The notes under the pieces are model-generated. The model ran no database searches. It saw only the letters and a list, made by a program, of their open reading frames with translations, and was not told where the DNA came from. A stretch of 64,000 bases of DNA from Trypanosoma brucei (taxonomy: Eukaryota), in NCBI GenBank assembly GCA_000002445.1, contig CP000071.1, forward strand, positions 1,408,001-1,472,000, written 5' to 3'. Positions 21,445 to 32,400 of this stretch are shown here, in pieces; positions within the stretch are counted from its first letter, which is position 1, and each line of letters opens with the position of its first letter. The position numbers and the translations under genes are program-made.

Positions 21445-21751
21445 AGCCTCCTTGGTGATTAGCACGCTGCAAGGCAGACGTCAAACCACTGGAAGTACAG
21501 GTGAGACAGGTGGGAGTGAGAAGGACAAAAGTGGTAACCACAAGCATTAGCTGCCACAAAGGTGGTCAGAATGAGAGAAAGTCTTCAGGTGGCGACAAAA
21601 ACAAGAATTAAAAAAAAAGTGGCGTGAGGGGTGTTACTGAGTAAATCTTTTTTTTTAAAGCAAAGTTCGATCCGGTTTCAACGAAACTTATCGGCAACTG
21701 CATGCCCATGTAACACGAGAAACTAAAAGGAAATACCAAAACCGAGCGGCA

Positions 21752-22654
21752 TCATATGTTGAAGATGATACCCTCTTCTATGAGCTGCTCGATGGCGGGT
21801 TTGATCAGCTTCCGGATTGTCTGCTCCGCCTTACAATCTGCACCCTGCACTGAACCAAAATTAGACAACACCCGGAAACTTTTCAGCGGATCACCAAAAA
21901 GCTGCATCTTCACCACGCGTTGCTTCACTAGCACTTTAGTCGATAAAATGTCAAAGAATGGTGGGGAAACATTGCGCACCCTCAAAGAATGCCTCGGATG
22001 ACCCTCCGATGCTCCTTCCATATCCACTGATGAAAGTGAACCATCAATGGAGTCGAGTACACCCGGCAACCGCATTGCCCCCCGGCCGCCACCGCCAAGT
22101 AAAACACCGTACCCCGAGCGGTGACGAGTGGACGGGGTGCCTGCACGACACGGTGGGCGCATACCATTTGTGTTTTTCCTGCTTCTGACAGTCGTCGCGA
22201 GGGGGGCAACTGGTACATCGGCGCATTTTCCCCATTGCACATTTTCTTCAAGTTCCTGAAGAATCTCAATGGCGACCATTCCATCGATGAGAATGTCCCG
22301 TAATGTCATCTCAAACGGGCAAAAAAATGGAAGGGCGAAGTTATTGTCGGCTTCCTCGGCGCCGGACCCCACCATATCGAGGTTCACCTCAAGCCCACTA
22401 AGGCGAATGAAAAAATCACCAGTGTAACGCACCTTCACCATTATTACTGTGCGCTCAGCCGACAGCATTCGTATTCCACTGAGCGTGACTTCAGGAGGGT
22501 TGGACCCCAGATTAAGTTCATCTACGTTCACAGTGCCACGAATTTGCCCATCGCTACCCTCAGCCATGGAGTTCCGGATGGCGCGCTCAACGGCCGCGCG
22601 AATCAACTCCCTTCTCTCTGCGCACAGTGAAGTGGGCCACTCCCACTGCAGCAT
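21752..22654 (-). CDS. Hypothetical protein (~300 aa).
   Basis: A long ORF in the same orientation as the gene cluster. The listed start is GTG; the ATG is at 22654. No domain confidently recognised; beta-rich sequence with a Gly-rich loop (GVLLGGGGRG). Confidence 0.5.
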   Translation of the reverse strand: MLQWEWPTSLCAERRELIRAAVERAIRNSMAEGSDGQIRGTVNVDELNLGSNPPEVTLSGIRMLSAERTVIMVKVRYTGDFFIRLSGLEVNLDMVGSGAEEADNNFALPFFCPFEMTLRDILIDGMVAIEILQELEENVQWGKCADVPVAPLATTVRSRKNTNGMRPPCRAGTPSTRHRSGYGVLLGGGGRGAMRLPGVLDSIDGSLSSVDMEGASEGHPRHSLRVRNVSPPFFDILSTKVLVKQRVVKMQLFGDPLKSFRVLSNFGSVQGADCKAEQTIRKLIKPAIEQLIEEGIIFNI

Positions 22655-22974
22655 CACCTAACCTCTATTTGTTGTCCACCACTACAGAAACAAACAGACC
22701 TAAGTAACTCCGGTGGTCCGCCGGATGGGGTGGGGAATGGGGACCAGCTCACGAAGCTGGCAAAAGCAAGAGAAAAAAGACAACAACTTATTGTGCCAAA
22801 GGGAACAGGGGTGATCTTGTCCCCTGTTCCTATTATCATCCTGTATTCATTTAACCAGCAAGTGAGGAATACTAGTGCCCGGACGAACGTACAGTGAAGT
22901 GCCAAAAGGGGGAAAAAACATTCGCAATTATACGAGTAAAAGCAGTATGATCAATGCCATACCGAAGCCACAAC

Positions 22975-25014
22975 TTATACCAATTGCTCCCCAGGCGAGC
23001 GACCAAATGGTATCACGCTACCACGCATACTCCCAACATCCAGAGCTGCCTTCCCCGGTGGCTTCGTGTGCTGCCCAAAGCGGCGAAGGACGATGTCACG
23101 AGGACTAAGTTTCCACTCTGTACGCAACTGCCTGAGCTCATGAGGGGGAACTTGAATCACAGGGATATCCTCATCATATTGAGGTGCTTCACCCTTTTCG
23201 GAGTCACCTTGTAAGCTCTCGCCGATAACTTTGATAAAATCATTTACAACAGGGGATTCACCAAAAGCATCCCTGCACAAATTCACACAAATCTCGGTGT
23301 CCGCATTCGGTCGAATCTTCAACAAAGTGAAGAAACCCACGAGCTCCTCCGTCATGGAAAGCGAACCATTCGATGAAATGGCGTTTGAGTTTGCCAACAA
23401 AAGCGAATTAATCATCCGCGTCGTCAAAGGCTTGCCAAACCCTACAATTCTCTTCAAGGCACTAAACCCTGAAGCAACCGCGCCAAGGTGGGCACACAAT
23501 TCAAGAAACTGATCGTAGATGGGTGAAATAAGATCCACACTACTACCCACAGCTTCCAACCGCTTGATCAAGGTTTCAGATCTCTCTAGCATGGCCGCGG
23601 TTGGCTTCTCGCAGTTACTGCAAGCCTGGATAAAGAGGAGCACCATCTCCGGTGTCGGATTCATATTCTGATGGACAAAATGTTGGTCAAATATGGCAAG
23701 TGCTAGTTCACCATCGCGCTGAAGTGCGCAGTACATGAATGAAAGAGTGAAGAGGACAAAATCTGGCGTTAAGCCTCGTGGTCGCAGTTGAGATAAGACG
23801 TCCATGACGTAATCTCCAAAACCAGCAACCCCACGGATCGCATAGACCAGCCAATGGAAGCATTCTATGGAAAGGCGGATATCAGATGCATCTGCGAAAC
23901 CCTGTGCTTTCAAAACAAGCGTTGGTTTATTGAAGGCACAACACATGCGCATGTACGCCTCAATTGAAGCGGTTGTTCGGGGCAGCTGATAAAAGTCAAA
24001 AAGGGACCAAACTTCCAAACCCATTTTCTCCACCTCCTCAGGTTCACACAGGTAGGATCTTTCGCCCTCGCTGGTGGCCCTTGACGCTTCATGTTTTGAC
24101 ATTTGTTCCCCCAAAATTGAATACAGTATCATGGCCTTGTTCAGCATGGTACCGCGGGGTCGAAGATTTCGTTTGATAACCTCCTCCAGGGTGTCTATGC
24201 CTTCGCTTACGCGACCCGCTGCAACACAAAGAGTAAGCAATGCATCGAAGAAAAACGTGTTGAGGATGAAGGACTCGGGGGACTCTTTCTCAAGTTCCCT
24301 CGCACGATTTGCGTACACGTTCCATCCCTCTTCCCACTTGCCACAAGCCGCAGCACATAACACCATCTCGCCGTGTGTCTCCACACCCACCTCTACAGGA
24401 GGGATGTTTGTTACAATCATGCGCTCGAACATTTCCACAGCACATTGGAAGCTAGCGTGGCGCCCCCACACTTCCAGCATCTCAATCTGCTGTCTCTGGT
24501 ACCGTATAAGGGCGGCACAACTTTTATCCGGTAGTGGCACTCTTTGGTATAAAAAGTCAGTGAGCAAACGACCCGGCGTTGGTAACAAGCGAGCGTGCCT
24601 GACAAGTTTGTCGACGTCAAGTAAGTGCATATCCCGTTTAAAATATCCGTACCGAGCATACCGAAGGTTTCTTGCTAGCGCTGTCTGGTTATAAATGTGC
24701 TTTATATGAGGCCGATCGGGGTCCACCCACACGCGGTGAGCCTTCTCGAAACCAGGCTCACCACCGTAGAGGCCCATAGCGGCGTTTGTAAGGGCAGGAC
24801 GGTGCAGCTCGCGGTATGCGGGGCTGCGAACATGTTGCTCACGGGCCAACAGGTTCTGCTCTGTATCGTCAAACCAAAGTGGCGCCGTACAATCAACTTT
24901 TTCTCGGGTCACATCCCCTCCCTTTTGTTTTCGTCGATTTTCCGCTGCATACCATTCGGCTGCTTTCACTGCTGCTGCGGCGAGGCGCAGACGGGGGACG
25001 GCGTGCGACAGCAT
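22975..25014 (-). CDS. Helical-repeat (PPR/TPR-like) protein, probably mitochondrial and RNA-binding (~679 aa from the ATG at 25014).
   Basis: Degenerate ~35-aa helical repeats occur throughout. The first 48 listed codons translate Cys/Tyr/Phe-rich UTR-like sequence, so I moved the start to MLSHAVPRLRLAAAAV, which looks like a presequence. Confidence 0.5.
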   Translation of the reverse strand: MLSHAVPRLRLAAAAVKAAEWYAAENRRKQKGGDVTREKVDCTAPLWFDDTEQNLLAREQHVRSPAYRELHRPALTNAAMGLYGGEPGFEKAHRVWVDPDRPHIKHIYNQTALARNLRYARYGYFKRDMHLLDVDKLVRHARLLPTPGRLLTDFLYQRVPLPDKSCAALIRYQRQQIEMLEVWGRHASFQCAVEMFERMIVTNIPPVEVGVETHGEMVLCAAACGKWEEGWNVYANRARELEKESPESFILNTFFFDALLTLCVAAGRVSEGIDTLEEVIKRNLRPRGTMLNKAMILYSILGEQMSKHEASRATSEGERSYLCEPEEVEKMGLEVWSLFDFYQLPRTTASIEAYMRMCCAFNKPTLVLKAQGFADASDIRLSIECFHWLVYAIRGVAGFGDYVMDVLSQLRPRGLTPDFVLFTLSFMYCALQRDGELALAIFDQHFVHQNMNPTPEMVLLFIQACSNCEKPTAAMLERSETLIKRLEAVGSSVDLISPIYDQFLELCAHLGAVASGFSALKRIVGFGKPLTTRMINSLLLANSNAISSNGSLSMTEELVGFFTLLKIRPNADTEICVNLCRDAFGESPVVNDFIKVIGESLQGDSEKGEAPQYDEDIPVIQVPPHELRQLRTEWKLSPRDIVLRRFGQHTKPPGKAALDVGSMRGSVIPFGRSPGEQLV

Positions 25015-25425
25015 CCACCCGGGACGGTTGAAAACTAGTGAAAGTGTAAAGTTGGAAGGGAAAAGGCGATTGAAAACGGACCATATCGGGGTAGAAAAAT
25101 AGCAACAGTACCAATAACAACCAGGAAAAAAGTGCACGAACACAACGGACGCATCCACCCGCCCTCATGCTCACATGGATACCTACCTTCTAATGCACAT
25201 CAGACAGTAAATCTATTTATGTATAAAAATGATAATAGAGCACACCTTCGAACCACGGCCACAGCGGGGTAGAGAAGTATGTGAACATTTTTCTTTATTG
25301 TTTGAGGGTACATACAGTAATCGCACGTCACTGTTTCTACCGCTGATGTTTTTTTTCTTGTACATTTCTGGAGAGAGTGTGCCCACCCCAGGGCAACAGA
25401 CCGCTTTCCCTCTCCCATACAATTT

Positions 25426-28400
25426 TTACTCCTCCTTCTTCGTGGAGAGCGGCACCTGAGCGGACCTGGTCTGAATGTCTTCCTCTAGTTTCTTCGCTAT
25501 TTCATTTAGGCGCGCTAGCTCTGCGCGTTGTGAGGCAATCTCCCGTATAACATCCTCCTCACAGGCAGATACACTGCTCTGCCCTGCCGATCGCCACACA
25601 CCGGCTTTTCCCGCCAGCAGTCTGGCCTCCTTTCGCAAGTCATTGATTTCCTTTATAAGAATGACGTTCTCAGCAGTAATACGATACTTGTCACTACGGT
25701 TATTCTCCGCGTTCTTGTTTACCTTATTCCTCAGTCCGGCAAGATTGCGCTCAAGGTGATCACGTTCACGGTTGTACTCCCTTACTTCATCGGCTGCTGA
25801 CCGCGACGCAAGGGCTTTAAGTGTACCAATTGCCTTCCCCGACGTGTACTTGTCGAAGAGTTGCTTGGCCGACTCCTTCAACTTACGCGGGTTTGTTTCG
25901 TCGTGCAAATCACATAACTCCGTCCACAGACGGGACTGGAACTCACCGAAGCTGCGCATGGAAACAGCCAGCTTCTCAAGCTCACGACTCTGTCCAGCCT
26001 TCTTTTGCCGCAAGTTGCGTATTTGTAGGACAAGGTGATCGTTGCTACGGGTGTATTTGTCCGCTTCTCGTCCCATCTCCGCTAGACGAGATTTCGTTTG
26101 CCGTATTTCTTCATCACGGGGATCAATCTGAGATTTCAGCTCTTTGATTTTGTACTCCAGAACAAACTTAAACTTCTCAAGCTCCTGGTTCTTCTTCTTC
26201 AAATCAAGTACTCGGCGTTCCTTCTCGGCTATGGTTTCTCCACGGTCCCTGAACTCCTGTGTGAGTGCCTCAATGTCGCGTTTGGCGGCTTCAATTTGTG
26301 ACTCCAGTGCCGCTTGCTGCCGCATCCTTTCTCGCACCTCCGCTTTCGTGGCCTCCAGTTCTGCCCGCGCTATGTTCTCGGCCGAGAGCAAAGAGTCGTT
26401 TACACCTTGCAAAGCAAACAGCTCGTGTGATTGTTCCTTGCGCCGCTTTTCATTGCCCTCCTTCCGCTTGATCACCTCTACGTCAGTGGCCTCCTCCATC
26501 ATAGCGCAGAACGTATCAGTGCGCTTTTCATCCTCTTCCTTTTCTGCCAGCAACTGCTGATAACGATCGTCTAGCTCCTTTATGGTACGCTGCTGGATCT
26601 CCCTATCCTCAACTGGTTTTTGTCTCGCCTGCTCGCGTATGCGAACAATATTCTTGTCATGCTCATGCTGCTTCTCACTAATCAGTTGCTGCAAGCGGTC
26701 ACTGCGACGACGTAAAAACAGGATCTTCGCGGCGTAATCCTCCTTGGTACGCAGTAGGGATGCCTTGTCCTTATCCTCCATCTCAGCCATATACTCCGTA
26801 AATCTAATTGCCTGTTCATTTTTCTCTTCTTTTAGAGCTTCAAAACGGGCAACACGCTCTGCTCGTTTCTCTGCGAACTCCCGTTCCAACCTCGACAGTT
26901 GCTCTTCGTGCACACGGTCACGAATTATTTGTTGTTGTCGCATGCGCTCTTTTAATTCAGTTGCCTCAGCGGTGAGCTCGACTACGGTCTTAGTAGATGC
27001 TTCCATATCCTTACGTGCTACAAACAGTTCGCTCGAATATTCCACCTCTTTTTGAGGGCCCCGATACGGCGCGACGACATCCCAAAATATAACGGCGCCG
27101 TCCTCACCTGTACTTATTATTAATCCGTCGTCGAACGATAGGACAAGACGTGAAACAACGCCTGCGTGGGCATGGTGCAGCTCCGACATGATACCATTTA
27201 CATCGTTGTCATTGTCATTTAACGAAAGCCTCTCACCAAGATACGTGTTAAAGACGCGAACCGTGCCATCTTCACATCCAGTAAAAAGTAGCTTCAATCT
27301 GGAGCTGATGGCCATAGAAAATATGGAGGCGTTGTGAAGGTCGTGCACCGCAACTTGTGACAGCTTAGTGCGATCAAATTGGCGTAACTTGCGGTCATTA
27401 CCTGCAGTCCACACAGTTCCCAAGTCCGCCACTGCACAGTTGTATGTCATTTCTTTTAGGGTGTTGTCATTTACCTTATGGAAGTCGCACAAGCTAAATT
27501 CAAAAACAGCACCATCCATACCTACGGTTATTATCCGCGTGTCATCCGGTGGGACGAAGTATATGCTCTTTACTTTGCCACTGTGGCCTCGTAGATGGCC
27601 TATTAACTCACAAGTATGAGTGAAGTACACATAAACCGTCGTGGCATGAGCAGCTGCAAAAAAGTTGCCGCCATTACTAAAGCGGCACTCCATGCAGGAT
27701 CTTATGCCAATGTTCTTAAGGTGCCGAACATCGTTGTAGTACAAATTCATCATATGCAGACCATCTGCGAGTCCTACGAGAAGGTGCGTCCCGGATGGGT
27801 GCAAAGCAACACTGCAGATGTCCGAAGTAAAGCGCTTGCGGAACTCAACAACACCTGTGATAAAATTCCACACAAAAACGCAGCGGTCGCGCCCTGCGGT
27901 GACAGCGAGTGGCCGCTGCACACAAATGTCTACCCCTATCACTGGCGCCGAGTGAAACGGTTGGCCAATGGGCTCAAACACACCATCCTCATTCTTAAAA
28001 AAGTCGGCATTCGGAAGGTTTAGTGAATAAAGCTGCTTCGTGCTAGTAAGAAATGAAACGTACTCCTCTGCGGGTGGAGGGGACAGAGTAAAGGAAAGTA
28101 TCACGGGTATTGCATCACCCGGAGGTCCCATAATGTTCGAGTCATTGTTGAACTTGAACGTTCGAACCTTCCGATACATCTCCTTGTTGTCAACCCGTTC
28201 GTAAATGCTAATAAGACCCAGGTCCCCTCCGCATATAAAGCCTTTGCCACAAGCAACCAACGCAGTAATAGCAATCCCGTCTGATGGGGAAAGCGGAAGT
28301 GCATACTTTACCTCGTTGTTTTCCATAAGAACCAAATCACCATTTTCTGTTGATAATATGAGCCAGTTCTCAGACGGAATCCACACATGGGCAAGGTAAT

Positions 28401-29040
28401 TCGTCACCGACTCCCGAACCCCACCGGGGGTGCGCCGGAGTTGGCTTCCCTGCTGTGAAAAGAATCTTACAATACCACTTCCAGACACACACACAATGGA
28501 AGAATCGTTTGGGCAAATACTACACTGCTTCAGCAGGTCGTGGTCGGCGGTTGCAGCCTCACTATCATCAAGGACAGCACAGGATGCTATCACCTTCCCC
28601 CTCTCGACGCTCCAGTAAACAAGGTTCCATTCAGGTTGCCCACCAAGTGATGCCAAGTTCCGACCGTCGTGAGAAAAAGACAGAGAGACATACTCCGATG
28701 AACCAAGATCCGGAAGTTGCAGTATCTTCTTCCGCTTCAACCTGGGTGTGGTATTGCTGTCACACCCATAAATAACAATACTTGGTTGCTTGGAACTCTC
28801 TGCGACCGCCAAGAAACGCCGATTGTTGGACAACGCCATCGCAGTTACTTTTTTACACCCCGGCGTGCACGACACCATCTGCTGTGTGCCCAACTGTGTG
28901 TCGAGTATAATAAGATTTTTACCTGAAACCCAGACAACGTTGTTGTCATCCAGGTACTGTATCCCACCTTTGACACTTTCACACACACCAAAGACATGCC
29001 GGCACTCTAGCAAACGTGGCGAATTATGGGGAGCGGGCAT
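25426..29040 (-). CDS. WD40 (N-terminal ~650 aa) plus long coiled-coil protein, the architecture of CFAP57/WDR65-type axonemal proteins (~1204 aa).
   Basis: Multiple WD repeats are followed by ~550 aa of heptad-rich E/K/R/Q sequence. The listed start is GTG; the ATG is at 29040 (MPAPHNS...). Confidence 0.6.
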   Translation of the reverse strand: MPAPHNSPRLLECRHVFGVCESVKGGIQYLDDNNVVWVSGKNLIILDTQLGTQQMVSCTPGCKKVTAMALSNNRRFLAVAESSKQPSIVIYGCDSNTTPRLKRKKILQLPDLGSSEYVSLSFSHDGRNLASLGGQPEWNLVYWSVERGKVIASCAVLDDSEAATADHDLLKQCSICPNDSSIVCVSGSGIVRFFSQQGSQLRRTPGGVRESVTNYLAHVWIPSENWLILSTENGDLVLMENNEVKYALPLSPSDGIAITALVACGKGFICGGDLGLISIYERVDNKEMYRKVRTFKFNNDSNIMGPPGDAIPVILSFTLSPPPAEEYVSFLTSTKQLYSLNLPNADFFKNEDGVFEPIGQPFHSAPVIGVDICVQRPLAVTAGRDRCVFVWNFITGVVEFRKRFTSDICSVALHPSGTHLLVGLADGLHMMNLYYNDVRHLKNIGIRSCMECRFSNGGNFFAAAHATTVYVYFTHTCELIGHLRGHSGKVKSIYFVPPDDTRIITVGMDGAVFEFSLCDFHKVNDNTLKEMTYNCAVADLGTVWTAGNDRKLRQFDRTKLSQVAVHDLHNASIFSMAISSRLKLLFTGCEDGTVRVFNTYLGERLSLNDNDNDVNGIMSELHHAHAGVVSRLVLSFDDGLIISTGEDGAVIFWDVVAPYRGPQKEVEYSSELFVARKDMEASTKTVVELTAEATELKERMRQQQIIRDRVHEEQLSRLEREFAEKRAERVARFEALKEEKNEQAIRFTEYMAEMEDKDKASLLRTKEDYAAKILFLRRRSDRLQQLISEKQHEHDKNIVRIREQARQKPVEDREIQQRTIKELDDRYQQLLAEKEEDEKRTDTFCAMMEEATDVEVIKRKEGNEKRRKEQSHELFALQGVNDSLLSAENIARAELEATKAEVRERMRQQAALESQIEAAKRDIEALTQEFRDRGETIAEKERRVLDLKKKNQELEKFKFVLEYKIKELKSQIDPRDEEIRQTKSRLAEMGREADKYTRSNDHLVLQIRNLRQKKAGQSRELEKLAVSMRSFGEFQSRLWTELCDLHDETNPRKLKESAKQLFDKYTSGKAIGTLKALASRSAADEVREYNRERDHLERNLAGLRNKVNKNAENNRSDKYRITAENVILIKEINDLRKEARLLAGKAGVWRSAGQSSVSACEEDVIREIASQRAELARLNEIAKKLEEDIQTRSAQVPLSTKKEE

Positions 29041-29485
29041 TGTTCCCACCTTCGCCTTTCAAGGATTTTAACACCCCGCTTTTAGAAGACTAGAGCAGTG
29101 TTCGGTGTTTCCCGTGTCGCACGTTTCTCCGGTTTGTCTCCGCCTTCTCCTTCCTTTTTCGTTGACAAAAATTAAAAGTAGCAATCGACAAAACAGAAGG
29201 AAGCGAACCAAAGTTCTTACAAAATTGCAATACCTACCACAAGGAGGTTTTTATACCCGGCCAGATCGTTGGGTAATATAAACTGAAGACAAGTTATTGG
29301 AAAGTAATAGCTTCAGAAGCGCTAGCCGATCCCTTTAAAGAAATAAAACCTGTTCCGGAAGATAAAACATTTTGGTATGGTGAATAAAAACGCCATTTTA
29401 CCGTCCACAGGGCCTAGCATCTATGATCCTATACAGGTCACATCTATGACCACACACCATGTCCACACACCATGTCCACTCGCTG

Positions 29486-32400
29486 TCATGGAGTATCGAA
29501 CAACTTGTCAAGACTAACAAAAAGATGGTCTATCCTGCGGTAAAAACTCTCCGCACATGCGAGCAACGGATCCACAGGCTCTACGTCGGGGAACCTCTCG
29601 ACATCCGCCAGTGTATAGAGTTTCCTATCAGTTCCTAAGCAACGTAGTGAAAGAACACGGTGTGCATTCTTCACTGCCGACGGGCAGTTAAGGGCCTGTG
29701 GGACGTCAAACATTGCTCGAAGGTACGTGAATTGCGCCCGAAGAGCACGGACCGAGGCAACATTCCCGCCTGAACAATAAAACTGCCGGATTATCGTGTG
29801 ACACATTTGCGTCATACAATTTGCTAGATACGCAAGGGGGAGGGATCGACCGCAGTTGAAACACACATAAAGCTCAAAGGGTGCGGTGGGAGGTGGCTTT
29901 TCACGACTGGAAAACATGTCGTTTATGTATTTGTGCGGGTCCACTGGGACAACCAACTGGCAATGTGTGCATTGAACCTGTAATGCCGTAGCAGTTGGAA
30001 AACATTCGGAGAGTGCACGGCTCTTGAAAATGGAACAGTGGGAGAAGTCGTTAGCGGTGTCTTCCTCCTTAACGTCGCGTTCCGTTCGCATATGACTTGC
30101 AATACACATTGCTTCACTAAGTTGCTCCGGTACGAAACCTTGGATATGCTCGCACAAACGCATCACTGGAGGATAAAGTTGTGAAGACAGATACCATTCG
30201 ACGTCAACAGAGAGTCCATCAGAGCGTCGCACTTCATCGATGTGGTAGGCCTTATCATCGATATGCTCATCACCTTCACAAATGACGTACGGAATAAGGT
30301 CACCAACGCGAACGCCCTCCTTCCTCTGTTTCATACGAAGAGCGACAACAGCATGGGGATATCCTGTGCCATGATATGACTCCGGCTCCTTTGTCAAGCT
30401 CTTCGAGATAACAAATTCTTCAAGAGGGTAGACGTTTCCAGAACGAACATCTTGCGCAACGCCCTTCATGTACTTGATGACGAAGTCTAGTATGTCTTCG
30501 CCACCTTCAGCATTTAATATCCTCTTTAGAACAGCGTCAGATACATGTTGGGAAAGCGGGCACCAATCCCTTCGCACCATATCCAATCCTTTCACCTCCC
30601 TCTTGTATACCTTCCCCTCCCCCTGCCAGTCCACGACGCTCAACGCAGCATATTTCTTTTTCCTAAGTAGCAACATCGCCCGGAAAACCCCATCTATATC
30701 CAACTCCAGACTCTGATACCTCTGGTTGACTTTGCCTTTAATTTCGAATCCAAGATTACGCACTTTTCCAATGTCATCCTTGATTCCCGTTTGTATCATC
30801 ACTGAATCTGTGTCTCCATATATGACTCTGATTGATGGGGAAATTTGTGGTATCAACTCCACTGTGTTTTGAAGGGCAAGACGTCCCTGTCGAGTGACCA
30901 ACTCAGCGAGGGGTTGTGCATAAAAACGGGAATATTCAAATCCCAGACATCCGTACATGCTATTTGCCGTTAGTTTCAGAGCCAACTGCCTAATTTCTAG
31001 CATAGCGAGATTACCTGGGTCCCTCTCTGACTTCATCATTCGCTTGATCTCCCTCCTGCTGTCCACAAGACCACGAATAACCTTCGGTAGAATGCACTTG
31101 TGTAGGCACGGTGAGGGCAAACCTGCGGCCCTACAAGAGAGGCAAATAAGGCTCTCGGGTGGCGGTACCTCGGCAGATACAGTGTTCTCATCGCGGTCAA
31201 TGGTAGTATAGCAGACATTGAATTCCTGAATCAGCGAAGGATAAAGTGAATTGAAGTCCAGCAGCAGAATGTACTCGGAGTAAAGCCCACTCTTTGGTTC
31301 GAGAACCATACCACCTTGGTACTTTGTTTTCCGTTTGCCTTCATCATCATCATCTTCCCGACCTCTCTTTAAATCACGTTTTTTCTTATCAGGTGTTACA
31401 AACTTCAAGTTGTGAAAAGCGTGTAGAAGAAGATATTCAATCCTCTCCGAACGAGCACCATATAGCGTTCGGCTCCATAAGTTCCCTGCCAGCAGCGTGA
31501 GCCTCTTCGTAAGCGGGATGACGTCAAGGAACGAGGCTACGTTGAAAGAAAGAACAGCACAATTAAGAAGCTGCAAGAGGATAGGGCAAAGAGCCTCGGA
31601 AGACATCATTGAGTCCTTAACCAACACGGTTGATCCCGGTTCGAAGTGGCCCCGGTTGTCCGTAATACCTTTGATTTCCATCTGCGTGCTCAGCGAAAGC
31701 AACTTGTAGTTCGTGCTTTTATAGTACTCTCTCGCAAGAAGGTAGGTATCAACGACAAGACGACCAACACAAGCCTCTTTCTCAATGGCCAGATTGAAAT
31801 TGTTCCCCTGTATTCGCGGAAAACGTCTGACATCAAGTCTACCAATCGTAGACCAGCGAACAATGTTTAGCTCCTGATAGCGATTTAAGAGAGTCTCGAC
31901 GGTATATCCGATAATATTGTGTCCGACGATAATATCGGGATCCAACGCAGCAAGGGTCTCCGCAAACCACGTAAGCAGCGCCCTCTCGTTTATAAAACGG
32001 TGCACTCCAGGCATGCGCTTCGACAAACAGTAAGTCTCTAAATCTAATGGGAGAGGAGCATCCGGTGATAATTGCCGCACGCCAGTGAAGCACTCCGTAA
32101 TGTTAGGTTTTCTCTCTCCATCAATCGAGACGTCGCCATACAATGCAATCGATGCAGCGATCACTTCGTTTTTCACCCCATCGCTGTCAAGCTGGGCGTG
32201 AAGTTGGATACTCGCAACCGTAAACGGTGGTGGTGGCTTTGATGAATTGTAAACTTTTATGTCTTTAGGCGAGGGCACCAAAAACTCTGTTTTACAGTGA
32301 GAAACACGGTCCATCGCGGTAACAAGATGCTCAATTTCGAGGTACGATGGCCCCATTAGTCTCTTCTTTATGAGAAAGAGTTCAAGGAGAGAGCGAGACG